A stretch of DNA of 64,000 nt from the human T2T-CHM13v2.0 reference genome, Homo sapiens: the NCBI RefSeq assembly GCF_009914755.1, contig NC_060927.1, one strand, 5' to 3'. A program made the position numbers and the translations under genes. Positions 19,873 through 37,958 of the stretch are shown here, piece after piece; within the stretch, counting starts at the first letter, position 1, and each line of letters starts with the position of its first letter. Under the pieces are notes generated by a model. The model did not search any database. It saw only the letters and a program-made list of their open reading frames with translations, and had not been told where the DNA came from.

Positions 19873-20155
19873 GGCTGGGTGTGGTAGCTTACGCCTGTAA
19901 TCCCAGCACTTTGTGAGGCCAAGGTGGGAGGCCAGGAGTTGGAGACCAGCCTGGGCAAGATAGTGAAACCTCTACAAAAAATAAAAAACTTAGCCAGGCA
20001 TGGTGGTGCACGCCTATAGTCCCAGCTTCTCTGGAGGCTGAGAGGCAAGAGGATCACTTAAGCCCGGGAATCTCAGGCTGCAGTGAGCAGTGATCGAACC
20101 ACTGCACCCCAGCCTGGGTGACAGAGTGAGCCCATCTCAAAAACAAGAAACAAAA
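19873..20155 (+). mobile_element. AluJ
   Basis: Diverged dimer; flanks aactgtccttgag / accagttcttgag. Confidence 0.9.
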
Positions 20156-20664
20156 CCAGTTCTTGAGCAAGACATACCTTTCTAATTTCCCAGTACTTTC
20201 CAGCTTTCCAAACCCTTCAGGCCCCACACCACCCTGATTTTTGTCACCTGCAAATAATAAAACTACAAACTGCACTGCACGTACACTTTTGTAAAGGCTT
20301 GAATCATTGACTTCCTCAGCCCCACACCTTCTGGTCAGCACAGGGCACTGCACTGCCACTCCAGACAGGCCTGGGCAGTGAGGAAAGGTGCCAGCCACGT
20401 GGGCTGGGGGTGGGGAAAGTGACTAATCATGAAATCCTAATTTATAATGTGTTGCTATCCTTAGTTGAGCATTAATTTGGCTCTCAGAAATAGGAGAAGG
20501 TGTGGGTGACTGGTCTGAGGAGAGTTTCTGGGCAATTAGAACAAAAACAGAAGCATGCTCTTGCACACAAAGTGGACTTTCTCTAGGGTGGTGGTATTCT
20601 CTGGAGAGCTGAACTCAGGGAGTCTTTATTATGTATACTTCTGTGTGTCTAAACTTTATACGGT

Positions 20665-20968
20665 GCTGGGTGCCGTGGCTCACGCCTGTAATCCCCACTT
20701 TGGGAGGCTGAGGCAGGAGGATCAGTTGAGCTCAGGAGTTTAAGATCTGCCTGGACAACACAGGCCTCGTCTCTACAAAAAAAAAATTTTTTTTAATTAA
20801 CTGGGCATGGTGATGTGCACCTGTGGCCCCAGCTACTCAGGAGGCTGAGGCGAGAGGATTGCTTGAGCTGGGGAAGTTGAGATTTCAGTGACCTGTGATC
20901 AGGCCACTACACTCCAGCCTGGGCAACAGAGGGAGACCTTGTCTCAAAAATAAAATAATAATAATAAT
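20665..20968 (+). mobile_element. AluJ
   Basis: Dimer; TSD-like aaactttatac / aaactttacac. Confidence 0.9.
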
Positions 20969-21007
20969 TAGAAAAACTTTACACAATGAACATATATCCC
21001 TTTTAGA

Positions 21008-21168
21008 CCACATTTCCTGAGTCTAAGATGCCATTGATTGAAAGACAATTATTTTCTGTACTCCCCTGAAAGCAAACTGCTACAATGTGTCATCTATTAG
21101 ACACATCTGCATTTTTGAGATGTTGAAATGTGAAAAAAATGTGCGTCTTCGAATTGACAGAATGAAGT
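21008..21168 (-). mobile_element. MER104 (Tc2) non-autonomous DNA transposon
   Basis: ccacatttcctgagtctaagatgccattgattg...gagatgttgaaatgtgaaaaaaatgtgcgtcttcgaattgac. Confidence 0.7.
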
Positions 21169-21195
21169 AACTTTTTAAATTAAAAGATATTTTCA

Positions 21196-21455
21196 GCTGA
21201 GCATAGTGGCTCACGCCTGTAATCCCAGCACTTTGGGAGGCTGAGGCGGGTGGATCACCTGAGGTCAGGAATTCGAGACCAGCCTGGCCAACATGGTGAA
21301 ACTTCGTCTCTACTAAAAATACAAAAATTAGCTGGTTGTGGTGGTGGGCACCTGTAATCCCAGCTACTCAGGAGGCTGAGGCAGGAGAATCGCTTGAACC
21401 TGGAGGTGGAGATTGTATTGTGGTGAACAGAGTGAGACAGAGGAAAAAAAAAAAA
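21196..21455 (+). mobile_element. AluS with 3' internal deletion
   Basis: TSD aaaagatattttc. Confidence 0.9.
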
Positions 21456-22529
21456 GATATTTTCCACTTTTGGAAAAAAATTATTTAAATTGCTTTTGCA
21501 TTCCACTCTCCTGCTCAGAATGATTTCCTCAAAAAAGCCAAGGGAGTCACATTTGAAGATGAGGAAATTTTTTTTTAATGTTTATGTGCCAGTTTCTTGC
21601 TAGACCCTGTGCTTTCTCATCCCTGACCCCATGGAGGCCTCATGAGAATGATAAGCCCAAATAAAATTACCACTTATGGAAAAGGAGTAATTTTGCAAGG
21701 AAGGAAACTGAAGGTCAGATTGGTGTTCCTGATCATGCAGTTCAGTAAGTGAAGGAGAGGAGGTTCAAACTCAGCTGCTGAGCCCCCGCTCCCCTCTTCT
21801 CACCACATGCCTCAGTTCTAAAGCTGTCCTGAGAAAGGAGCCAGGTTGGAACCTAAGCCTCCTCCCAGAAGCCTGGGGAATCAAAGGGCAAAAGGGCTGA
21901 GGCCCGGGCTCTGAGGCCCACCCTGCGAATCCCGCTCTGTCTGGTGCAAAGGAAACTGACTTCCTCCATGCACACACTGCTCTGCCAATCTGAGTGACTC
22001 AGCCTCAAGATGACCTCACTGTCCTCAGTGGGCTGTTTGGCCGCCTGCTTCATGTCACTGAGCCTCAGCACCCAGCATGTCAGATATGGATTTACGAGTA
22101 TTTTCTCTGCTCCACTCCTCGAATGTGGCTAGGTTTGAAAAGGTCACACTTCCCCTTGCCCTCCACCTCTCAGCTTTCTGTTGCCAGGCTGCCTCTGCCC
22201 CTCCAGCTGCTAAAAACAGCCCAAGCTGCGAAAGCTCTTTGCTCCTGCCAAGCTCTGGTTGGACCACCATCCAGGGGGAGCTGGGGGCTCAGCCTGGATT
22301 TTCCCAGTGCCTAGGACAGATGCATGGCTGGTGGAGGACGTTGCTTGCCAGCAAATTGGCAGAGTAAACTGAAATAGTAGCTCTGGGTCTGCGCTACAGC
22401 AAAGTATAATTTTCAGAAGGGGTCTCATACAAGTATAGAGTGACCACATGTCAAAGATTGATTTAATTCATTAACAAGGAAACCAACAAAAGGACAAAGC
22501 TGGTTTAAGAGATGATTTGAAAAAGTGGC

Positions 22530-22989
22530 TCTTTTAGTTTGCTAGGGCTGCCATAAGAAATTACCGCCAACTAAGTGGCTTAGAACAGCAGAAATCCATT
22601 CTTCTGCAGTTCATGAGGACAGAAGTCCAAAATCAAGGTGTCGGAAAGGCTGGCTCCTCTGAGAGGCACTGGAGGGAATCTGTCCATGCCTCTCCCCCAG
22701 CTCCTGATGGTTGCGGGCAGTCCTCGGCATTCTTGGCCTGCAGCAGCATCACTCCAGTCTCCGCCTCTGTGGTCACATGGCCATCTTCCTTGTGTATCTG
22801 TAGGCTCCAACTCTCTCCTTATAAGGACACCAGTGATTGGATTTAGAGCCATCTTAATCTAGTATGACCTCATTTTAACTTGATTACATCTGCAAAGTCT
22901 CTATTTCCAAATAAAGTCACATTCTCAGGTACTGGGGAATTAGGACTTAAACATATCTTTTTGCTGGGGACACAACTCAACTTTTAACA
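22530..22989 (-). mobile_element. MLT1C-like MaLR LTR
   Basis: tagtttgctagggctgccataagaaattacc...agaagtccaaaatcaaggtgtc...tgattacatctgcaaag...ggggacacaactcaac...aca. Confidence 0.88.
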
Positions 22990-23184
22990 CCTACATTACC
23001 AAACTCATTTCTCATTACTCAGCACCACAGACCCCTGGCTTGATAGGGGCATTTGGGGTGCTGGAAAGAACAGAGCAACAGGCAACGTTGATGTCAGCTT
23101 TGATCTGTCCCCAGCATTCTGGGATTCAGTGTCAGCCAGTGAAGGCTCAGTGAAAGACAGGGCATCTCCACCTCCGAAGTCAGT

Positions 23185-23400
23185 ACCATGTAGGGTATAA
23201 AGAGAGACCTTGGAATCAACTTCCAGGATTCAGTTCCCAATTCTGTCCGCCACTGTGTGTGACTCCTGACATTTCTTCACCTCTCTGGGCCTCAGTTACC
23301 TCATCTGTGAAATGGGGGTGATAATGGTACACAGCCTATCAGAGAGTGCTTAGAGCAGCATATGGGAAGCTCTGAATAAATGTTTCCTGCTGACGATGAT
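23185..23400 (+). mobile_element. MIR
   Basis: cacctctctgggcctcagttacctcatctgtgaaatgggg core. Confidence 0.8.
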
Positions 23401-24145
23401 GATGATTATCCGAATCACTCTCACCTGCAGACACAGCTTTGCCGCTTTTTTGGTGAGATAGGCTGTTCCTGATGGACACGCTGGAAAATTTCCAGTCCCC
23501 AGAAAACAGGGCAAGGGCAGTTCCTGATTAGGATAAAGGAAGCCTCTCTGATGGTCACATGCCCAGGTGACTTGTAGGCAGAGGCCAGCCCTGCTTCCTG
23601 TCCCCACTTCCCAACTTGCCCTGCTTTTGTGAATGAGCTCTTTCCTAGCTCCTCATCCTGGGTCTAGTTTGGAAGGTAATTTCTCAGTCACTTTTGAGTT
23701 GACGCAGGTGGCAGTTTCCTTTATGAACACTCATAACCCAGGGTAAGCTTGACAGGGCAGTTAGAGGCCCAGAAACAAAAGTTGGGAACAACAGCCTTTC
23801 CAGCTAGAACTAGAGCTGGCTTGGTGAGAAACAGAAGGCCTCCCTGAGGTTAGAGGCCTAAGCAGACACCAGGTCTGGCCTTCCACATCCCTGCTGGGTG
23901 GAGCAAGACTGTCAGCACTTAGGAAGTGCCTTGCACGTTGATCTTTGGGAAGCGAGGGGCTCCTGTCATCTGCGTCCAGACTTCTCCATTCTCAGGTGGA
24001 CCGCACATGGCCTGGCCAGGCCAGGCCAGGCCCTGAGTGGCGACTGTTGCTGCTGCTGCAGCTGCTTTTGACATTATTGTCTGTAGAATAAAGGTAGAGG
24101 CTGGTGGGACCGCTGCAGCCATTCCCTGCCCAAGCCTGACCCTAA

Positions 24146-25055
<910 letters not shown>

Positions 25056-25060
25056 ATATA

Positions 25061-25598
25061 GTTGGGGCACAGTGGATTGAACTTGTAATCCCAGAACTTT
25101 GGGAGGCTGAGGCGGGTGGATCACTTGAGCCCAGGAGTTTCAGACCAGCCTGGGCAATATGGCAAAACCCCATCTCTACAAAAGATTAAAAAATATATAT
25201 AGCCGGGTGTAGTGGTGAATGCCTGTAGTCCCAGCTACTTGTGGGCCTGAGGCAGGAGAATGGCTTGAGCCCAGGAGTTTGAGGCTGTAGTTAGCTGTGA
25301 TTGTGCAGTGGCTCACACCTGTAATCCCAGCACTTTGGGAGGCCAAGTTGGGCAGATCATTTGAACTCAGAAATTCCAGACCAGCCTGGCCAACACGGTG
25401 AAACTCCATCTCTACTGAAAATACAAAAATTAGCCGGATGTGGTGGTGCACACCTATAATCCTAGTTACTCAGAGGCTGAGGCAGGAGAATCGCTTGAAC
25501 CTGGGAGGCAGAGATTGCAAGTGAGCCAGGATGGTGCTGCTGCAGTCCAGCCTGGGTGACAGAGTGAGACTGTCTCAAAAAATAAAGATTAAAAAAAT
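25061..25598 (+). mobile_element. Fused AluJ (25061-25305) and AluS (25306-25598)
   Basis: AluJ stops at gtgattgtgc and continues as agtggctcacacc; outer TSD-like aaaacgtatata / aaaatgtacata. Confidence 0.85.
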
Positions 25599-25607
25599 GT
25601 ACATATG

Positions 25608-26737
<1,130 letters not shown>

Positions 26738-27729
26738 TACATATAAAATGAATTCTCTTAAAACCACAATCAGTGAGAGATTACTGTCTTTTAGGTACTT
26801 TATAGGACATCCTCAGTGATTCTGAACTTGAAAAAGAAGAGGTAGGGGAGCTGAATTGGAAGCCATGGCCTTTATGTGACCTAGGGTAGATTCATATCCT
26901 CTTTGGGCCTTGGTTTCCCCATCTGTGATACCCCGATGCTTTTGGAGGAGATGAGGGATGCCAGGGTGATGGAGCCTCTGCTGTGGTTTCTGTGCCCGGC
27001 TCCAAAGGTGCATTGGACCTTCAGGTCATACCAGGCACCACTGTGAGCTTTGTCTTTGCCACAGGAGCACCTCTGCCTTCCTGTCTTTGTACAGAGAATT
27101 TCCTTCCTCCAGCCACATGGAGCAGCCAGGAACAGCTGGAAAATCCGGATTGGCCTAGCTTCATTTTCTCCAATCCTGGCCCTTTCTTTGACCTAGACCA
27201 GGGAAGCAGCCAAGACACTGCCCTGGAGAAAACTCCCATCTTGGATGGAATGGATGGAGCACCTGCTGGGCATTTACACACTTTGCATAAATGTATGCAG
27301 CCCTGATGGGCAGCCTTAGCCCATTTTACAGAGGAGGAAACAGAGGCTCACACACAGAGAGACATTTGTTCAAGGTAACGTAGCTGGTAAGCACTGAGCT
27401 TCCTGCTCTTTCCACTAGACCTCCCTGCCTGCAAAGAGGCCAGTCACCTTGCTCAGGTGAGAGCTGGGCAAATTGGCTTATTTGGGAATCACCTGACCTT
27501 CTTTTCTTCTGCCTCTCCCAATCGGGTCAGAACACCAGGATAACTAAAATGCCACTCCTCCAGGAAGACTTCCTGCAAACTTCCACCCACTCACCCAGCA
27601 AGTGCTGAGACTCACCTTCTTCTGGGTCCCAGCAGCAGAGACCCAGAGGCTTGAGACCCAGGGACTGTGAGTAGCTCCATTTAGGAGCATGGAAGGAATG
27701 AGGCCTTGGGAGTCAGAAGACCACTTGCT

Positions 27730-28269
<540 letters not shown>

Positions 28270-28290
28270 TTAGAAAAGAAGAAAATCTGG

Positions 28291-28636
28291 TGCTATAATC
28301 TGAACGTTTGTGTCCCCACAAAATTCCTACCCTAAGCCCCAAGGAGATGGTATTAGAAGGTAGGGCCTTTGGGAAGTGATTAGGTCATAAGGGTGGAGCC
28401 CTCATGGATGGGATTAGTGCCCTTATCATGTTCAGAGAGCTAGCAGCCTCTTCCACCTGTGAGGACATGGCAAGCTGGTACTGCCTATGAGGAAGGGCCC
28501 TCACCAGACATAGAATCTGCTGGGACCTTAGTCTTGGATTTCTAGCCTCCAGAACTGTAAGAAATAAATTTCTATTGTTTGTAAGCCTCCCAGTTTATGT
28601 TCTATTGTTATATAGCAGCCCCAATAGAGTAAGACA
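28291..28636 (+). mobile_element. MLT1A0-like solo LTR
   Basis: tgctataatctgaacgtttgtgtcccc...ggagccctcatggatgggattagtgcccttat...aataaatttct...taagaca; TSD tctgg / cctgg. Confidence 0.9.
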
Positions 28637-28658
28637 CCTGGCCAGGTGGTGGGGATAA

Positions 28659-28933
28659 AGTCTCGCTCTGTTGCCCAGGCTGGAGCGCAGTGGCACAATC
28701 TTGGCTCACTACAACCCCCACCTCCAGGTTCAAACGATTCTGCTGCCTCAGCCTCCCTAGTAGCTGGGATTACAGGCACTTGCCACCATGTCTGGCTAAT
28801 TTTTGTATTTTTAGTAGAGACAGGGTTTCACCATGTTGGCCAGGCTGGTCTCGAACTCCTGAACTCAAATGATCTACCTGCCTCAGCCTCCCAAAGTGCT
28901 AGGATTACAGGCGTGAGCCACCGCACCCAGCCT
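28659..28933 (-). mobile_element. AluS (tail missing)
   Basis: Dimer body begins directly at agtctcgctctg. Confidence 0.9.
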
Positions 28934-28992
28934 CACAGTAGGGTTCTGAACAAGGGTGGGACAAGCAGATGTGGCTTAAAAGAAGGTGGCTC

Positions 28993-29075
28993 GGCTGGGC
29001 GTGGGCGCCACTGCACTCCAACCTGGGTGATAGAGCGAGACTCCGTCTCAAAAAAGAAAAGGAAAAAAAAAAAAA
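28993..29075 (+). mobile_element. Mini-Alu (5' 12 nt joined to the 3' end) inside an L2 fragment
   Basis: ggctgggcgtgg|gcgccactgcactcc...ctcaaaa; flanks aaagaaggtggct / aaagagtggct. Confidence 0.8.
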
Positions 29076-29899
29076 GAGTGGCTGTAGCTATGGGGTGGAG
29101 GATGGTCAGCTCCCAGTGGTGTTGAGTGGGAGGACAGGGGACCAGCCAGGAGGCTGCAACTGGACCTCCTTCTGTGGGGCCTCCAGGGGAGGGCGTGGCA
29201 CCAACCCTCCTTTCACCTTTTCTCTGTCCCTCCTTCCTCATTCTTTTTCTGTCCCCTGCCCCACTTCCTGGGGCCCAGAAGAGCCTGCCTATCTGATAAG
29301 CTCTGGGGAGTGCCCACTTCATGGCCTGCTGCTCCTGGCAGTCTTTAACTGGTTTCTTCTGGAGATGGTGCAGGGGCTGCATGGTGGGCACACGGGACAG
29401 CATGCCTGTGGGGGCGCCATGAGAAGGGGAGGGCCTGAACCCCCAGGGTGGGCTAAGGTGCAGGTAGAAGGCCAGGGGAGAGTCCTGCAAGAGCTACTCC
29501 TGGCCGACTCAGACCCTCTTGCCCTTCTTATCGGGCCTGAGGAGCGATAAGGGGCCAGTTCCTGGACTGTGGGTTCTAGGCCTTTGTTTGGGACCGCCAG
29601 GAAGTGACTTGGTTTTGCTGTGGCTTAAGCAGTGTGGTTGATTCACCAGGGTGGGGGGCTGGGTGTGCCTGGGGGAGCCCCCAAACACCAGGCCCTGCAC
29701 CACCCATCACCGACAGGCCAGCCGCTGGGAGGCCACCGTGGGAGTGTGTCCAGCCTCCACATCCGCCTCCTGACAGCTGGCCACAGAGGGAGGATTCCTC
29801 ACCCCAGGGCGTCTCCTCTTTCTTTACTTTTCAAGCAGAAAACACTTCCAGAATATATTATTCCCCAAATGTGCGAGACACTAGAATGAGTGCTTTGCC

Positions 29900-30080
29900 T
29901 ACACCATCTCCTTTCATCTTCACCCCAGTAACAACGGCCCTCAGGGCTCATCGTGGGTGTTATTCACTGTCCACATTTTGCAGAAGAGGAAACTGAGACT
30001 CAGAGAGAGGAAGTAAATTGCTCAGGTTCACTCAGCTAGGAAGCAACAGATCAGGATTCGAGCCCAGTCCAAAATCATAA
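29900..30080 (-). mobile_element. MIR
   Basis: cacattttgcagaagaggaaactgagactcagagagaggaagtaaattgctcaggttcac. Confidence 0.8.
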
Positions 30081-30479
30081 TTCACTCCCTTGAAAAGCCA
30101 AAAGAGAGAGAGAACAGGGCCAGACGGGGTGGCGTCAGGAGGGTTGTGGGTCCCCTGGCTGCTGTGCAGAGCTTACATCGGGCGCTCAAAGGAGCCCGAG
30201 CCAACCACTGCCCAAGAGATTCTACCAAGATGAAAATGGTTCCTCCCCAGCCACAGTTCCATCACCTGCGTGATGGGACGAGAGACTGGATCAGGTGTTC
30301 TCCACAGCCGGTTATGAAGTGAGTAACCTGAGTTCATAAATGAGCAGTTGGGCGGGCTCCTCTTCCAGGCTCTTAAATGGGGAGCAGGGCGTGGTGCTCC
30401 GGGATAAGAGAAAAGAACAGGAAATTCCCAGCCCAGTGGGAGAGACCCTATTAGTCAAGACAGCAAAGCAATTCCAAAA

Positions 30480-30830
30480 AAGGGAAGTTTCTGGCTCGTG
30501 TCGCTGAGCCACGTATCAGCAGGACTCTGCCCTTTCAGCACTGATCAGTCAGCTTGGATGTTGCTTCTTCCACGGCTACCAAGGTGTCCACTAGACTCCC
30601 CAAGTTCACATCTCACCAGCTCTGGCCCTAGTGGAAAGAGTCTCTGGCTGAGAAGTCTCAGAGAAAATCCTGATTGGTTTGTTTTGAGTCACCTGCCATC
30701 CCTGAACCAGTCACCATGGTCTGGAGAGGGAGTTTGCTATCGGCCAAGCCAGCATAGCCTGCCTACCCTCTCAGTGGATCTTGCTGTGGGGCGAGCCAGC
30801 AGCCCCACATGGATTAGGTGGAGATGGAAG
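30480..30830 (-). mobile_element. Old MLT1 (MLT1K-like) LTR fragment
   Basis: ctgattggtttgttttgagtcacctgccatccctgaaccagtcaccatgg. Confidence 0.55.
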
Positions 30831-30997
30831 AGGAAGAGGTGGAGGCAGGCAAAAGCCATGAGACCCCAGCCACCCGGGGGCTAGCTCCTCACCCAGCCAG
30901 TCTTTCCACACCCAGGCTTTGCTAGGCCATTCTTGTCAGGCCAAGGATGCTAGAGGGTCATCACCAAGAAGGAGCCACTCAGTGTCTTAGTTTAGGT

Positions 30998-31216
30998 CAG
31001 GGGTTTTGAACCTCAGCACTATTGATATTTGGGGCTGATAATTATTTGCTGAGGGGGGCTGTCCTCTGCATTGTAGGGTGTTTAGCGGCATCCCCGGCCT
31101 CTACCCACTAAAAGCCAGTAGCAACTCCTCCCTCTTCCACTGTGACCGTCAAAAATGTCTCCAGACCTTGCCATATGTCCCCGGGGGACAAAATCACCCC
31201 TGGTTGAGAACTATTG
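30998..31216 (-). mobile_element. MER20 (hAT-Charlie), full length
   Basis: cagg..ttgaacctcagcactattgatatttgggg...cctctacccacta...aaaatgtctccagac...ggttgagaactattg; 8-bp TSD-like gtttaggt / atttaggg. Confidence 0.92.
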
Positions 31217-31222
31217 ATTTAG

Positions 31223-32194
<972 letters not shown>

Positions 32195-32429
32195 CTGTCT
32201 GCTGAAATGTGGGCAGTGGACACTGGGAGGGCAGGGGAAGATGGGAGCACATTCAATAACCCCCAGCGGTTTCCTGCTCCTTCTTCTTGTTTTTTTCCTT
32301 TCCAGCCAATGTACCCATGCAAGGATTTGCCTCTGAGGAGGGCCTGTGGGCCTGCCATGCCCTCAGACCCCTTCCAGTGGTTTCTTCCAAGGTCTCCATG
32401 TTTGCCATTGTCTTTCCCACCACCCCAGC

Positions 32430-32810
32430 CCTGGACCTGGGTTAGAATCCTGACCCTGCTATGTCTAAGCTGTGTGACTTCAGGCAGATTTCTTAACCTC
32501 TCAGGGCTTGGATTTCTGTATAAAATGGGGCCGATGATACCTGACACATGCTTTAGGGGGTGCTGTGGTTTAAATATTCATGTTCCCTCCAAAATTCATG
32601 TTGCAACTTAATCCTCAGTTCAACAGTAGAGAGATAGGCCTTTGGGAGCTGATTAGGCTTTGAGTCCTCCTGGAGGGATTCGTGCCAAATAAAAGGGTGG
32701 GAAGGAACCAGCTAGGCCCTGTGCTCTTCTGCCCTCCACAGGTGAGGGGATAGCAACGAGGCATCAGAGAGCAGCCCTCACCAGACACAGTACGTGCTCA
32801 ATAAACACTG
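32430..32810 (+). mobile_element. MIR interrupted by a 3'-truncated MLT1A/MSTD-like LTR (32561-32790)
   Basis: MIR core 32430-32545; tgctgtggtttaaat...ccctccaaaattcatgttg...gcagccctcaccagacac. Confidence 0.7.
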
Positions 32811-33164
32811 ACAGACTGAGAAAATCACCACCCCAGGTGTAGAAAATGGAAATGATAGCTCCAGTACTTCTGTTCACTCATTGAGTAGGAGGCTGGGAGG
32901 CAGGTAGGCTGGTGGTTGGCACTCCTGCCGTGGCAGGAACAACGGTTGCTGGTCAGGTCTCCGCTCTACTTTTCACTGGCTGGGTGACCTTGGGGAAGTT
33001 CCTTGACCTTTCTGTGCCTTAATCTTCCCATTGGTAAAATGGGAATAGTAGTAACATCCGGGTGTAATTTTCTAACTTAGATTAGTGAACGTAAAGCTCT
33101 TTGTCTGGAAGAGCTCAGTGCTTGTTAGCTCTTCTCATTCTTGGTAGTTGGGTGCTCATTACAT

Positions 33165-33372
33165 GCCATGTTTCATCGACTCTAAGATGTCATTGATCAC
33201 AAGAACACAGCACTATTTTATGTGCCACCAAGAAAGAAAAAGACTGATAGAAAGCTCTTGTCACTTAGGATGATGTTTTTCTTCTCTCTGAGAAAGTTAT
33301 TTTATCATATAACATACCATCTACGTGACATAAGAAGAAAACTATGGTGAAATAAGTGAACCAAGATATTTT
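33165..33372 (-). mobile_element. Kanga/MER104-family Tc2 transposon end
   Basis: ccatgtttcatcgactctaagatgtcattgat...cactattttatgtgccaccaagaaagaaaa. Confidence 0.6.
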
Positions 33373-33376
33373 TTAG

Positions 33377-34037
<661 letters not shown>

Positions 34038-34439
34038 TAACACTTCCATTTATTGAGCATACACTCTGTACCAAGAACTGTCCCCAAAGAGAACTAGGAG
34101 CCATAAAGACGGAAGGCTGGGGTGGGAGTGAGGTGGGGATATGGAAGTTCAGAATGTGGGTCCCTGTTTCCTGAACCCCACACCAAGGTCTCTTCCAATC
34201 ATTGATCTCTTGAGTGCTAGGGCAAAAAAACAAAGTTGCTCCATGTGCCAGAGGGTTAACAGTAGGGGGTGACTTTCCAGGCCACAGAACCAGGTAGGAC
34301 CTGGGCAAGTCCCACGGCCTCAGCCTGCGGTTATCTGTGTTATTCACAGAGGCAGGACTGTCTAGTGCACGCTTATGTCTTCCTGTCCCCTCGCCTGCCT
34401 GGGCTCAGCTCCCAGCACCAGGGAGGCGGTAGAATCCGT

Positions 34440-34685
34440 GGAATATGTAAGAATTTTGGCTCAGACATGTCAGGGCTCAAGTCCCAACACTGCCTATTTC
34501 CAGCTACCTAACCTTGGGCAAGTGACACAGCCTCCTTGTGTGCTTTCGTTTCCCCATCTGTGAAATGGGGGTGATAATATAATGACACTGACTTGGTTGT
34601 CATGAGTATTGAACCAGACAACCCATATAAAGGGCCCAGCCCATGGCAATGTATACTACACATTGGCCCTTTTTATATTTCTATT
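34440..34685 (+). mobile_element. MIR
   Basis: accttgggcaagtgac...gtttccccatctgtgaaatggggg. Confidence 0.75.
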
Positions 34686-35015
34686 TTAGGTGATCCCAGG
34701 CCTGGGTCTCCTGATGAGTCCATCTGACTTCCACTCTCCAGCACCCCCAGGGTTTACTGCTTCCATCCTGCTGACAGCCATATGCTCTTCTCTGGCTGAT
34801 TCAAGGTGATTTTTGGGGTCTGTCCAGGGCCCCGCATAAGGTCCTGGGGTGGGCTTTCTGCTCTCTCTCGTTAGGAGACAGAGTGTGAGGGTTTCCAGAC
34901 TCCCCACAAAACCCAGGACAGACAGGAGTGAAATTCCGGTGATGGGGATGGGTTATAGAAGGATGCTGTCCCTCACTCCTATCAGATACTGGTCCTCATT
35001 AAAAACTTGATTAGA

Positions 35016-35306
35016 GGCCAGGCGCAGTGGCTCACGCCTGTAATCCCAGGACTTTGGGTGGCCGAGGCAGATGGATCACCTAAGTTTGGGAGTTCGAGAC
35101 CAGCCTGGCCAACATGGTGAAACCCTGTATCTACTAAAAATACAAAAATTAGCCGGGCGTGGTAGCGCATGCCTGTAGTCCTAGCTACTAGGGAGGCTGA
35201 GGCAGGAGAATTGCTTGAACCCAGGAAGGGAGGTTGCAGTAAGCCGAGATTGTACCACTGTACTCTAGCCTGGGTGACAAAGCAAGACCCCGTCTCAACA
35301 AAAAAA
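35016..35306 (+). mobile_element. AluS
   Basis: TSD acttgattaga. Confidence 0.93.
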
Positions 35307-35705
35307 GACTTGATTAGAGTGAGGGCTGTGCTTTTCACCCTCTGGAGGGGAAATATGGTCCATGGAAAAGGACAGTGTATGAATAATGTGACCTAGCCAC
35401 AGGTGGCAAAGGGCAAATGCCAGGTGCAGCAGAATCACCACCCACTCATGAGGCTGTGGGTCTACAGGTAAGTGGGTGGCTCTGGGTCAGAAAGACATGG
35501 GTTCAATCCCTGGCTCCTCCACTTATTAGTCAAGACTTACTTTCTTTCTTCATCTGTAAAACAGAATTCTAATGGCAATAGTCTGGCAGAACCCAAGGTA
35601 TTCATCAACATCCATGGTCTCCTCTTCTTGGGCACCAGCCAGAATGTATTTCCCAGACCGCTGCTACATGGAGTGACCATTTGCTGTCAATGGAAAGTGG
35701 GTTTG

Positions 35706-36577
<872 letters not shown>

Positions 36578-36639
36578 GCATAATAGTGTTTTTTAATGAA
36601 TTGATTTTGCCTTAAGGAGATTGTGAATCAGGAAACTCA

Positions 36640-37380
<741 letters not shown>

Positions 37381-37497
37381 CCAGGGCTGAGAATCAGTGA
37401 AGTAATTAATCTCAGGGCCTTTGCCTGTGTTCCCTCTATCTGGAAGACTCTATGACCAGGTCCTCCTAGAGCCAGCTCCTTCTCATTGTTTAGGTCT

Positions 37498-37936
37498 TGC
37501 ATTAACTTCCGAGGGCTGCCAAAACAAATTATCACATATTTGGTGGTTTAATGCAACAGAAATCTGCTCTTACAGTTCTGAAGGCCAGAAGTCCAAAATC
37601 AAGATGTTGACAGGGTTAATTCCTTCTGCAGACCCTGAGGGAGAATCTGTTCCTTGCCTGTCTCCTGGCTTCTGGAGGCTGCTGGCAACCCTTGGCATTG
37701 CTTGGCTTGGGGCTCCATAACTCTGATCTCTGCCTCTATTTTCACATGGTCTTCTCCTTTTCTGTCTGTTGTAAGGATATTTACCATTGGATTTAGGGCC
37801 CATGCTAATCTAGAATGATCTCAATTTGAGGTCCTTTACCTTAATCACATCTACAAAGACTCTTATTCCAAAAAAGGTCACATTCTGAGGTTCCTGGTGG
37901 ACAGATCTTTTGGGAACCATAATTCAAACCACTACA
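37498..37936 (-). mobile_element. MLT1C-like LTR inserted in an L2 fragment
   Basis: gagggctgccaaaacaaattatcaca...agaagtccaaaatcaagatgttg...ggtcacattctgaggtt...attcaaaccactaca. Confidence 0.87.
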
Positions 37937-37958
37937 TCTCTCAAGTGTCACCTCCTCA

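Noticed and set aside
28933-29550. The longest ORFs (185 aa on -, 193 aa on +)
   Set aside because: They overlap on opposite strands, run through L2 and mini-Alu sequence, start at non-ATG codons and show no recognisable domain; this is expected in GC-rich DNA.
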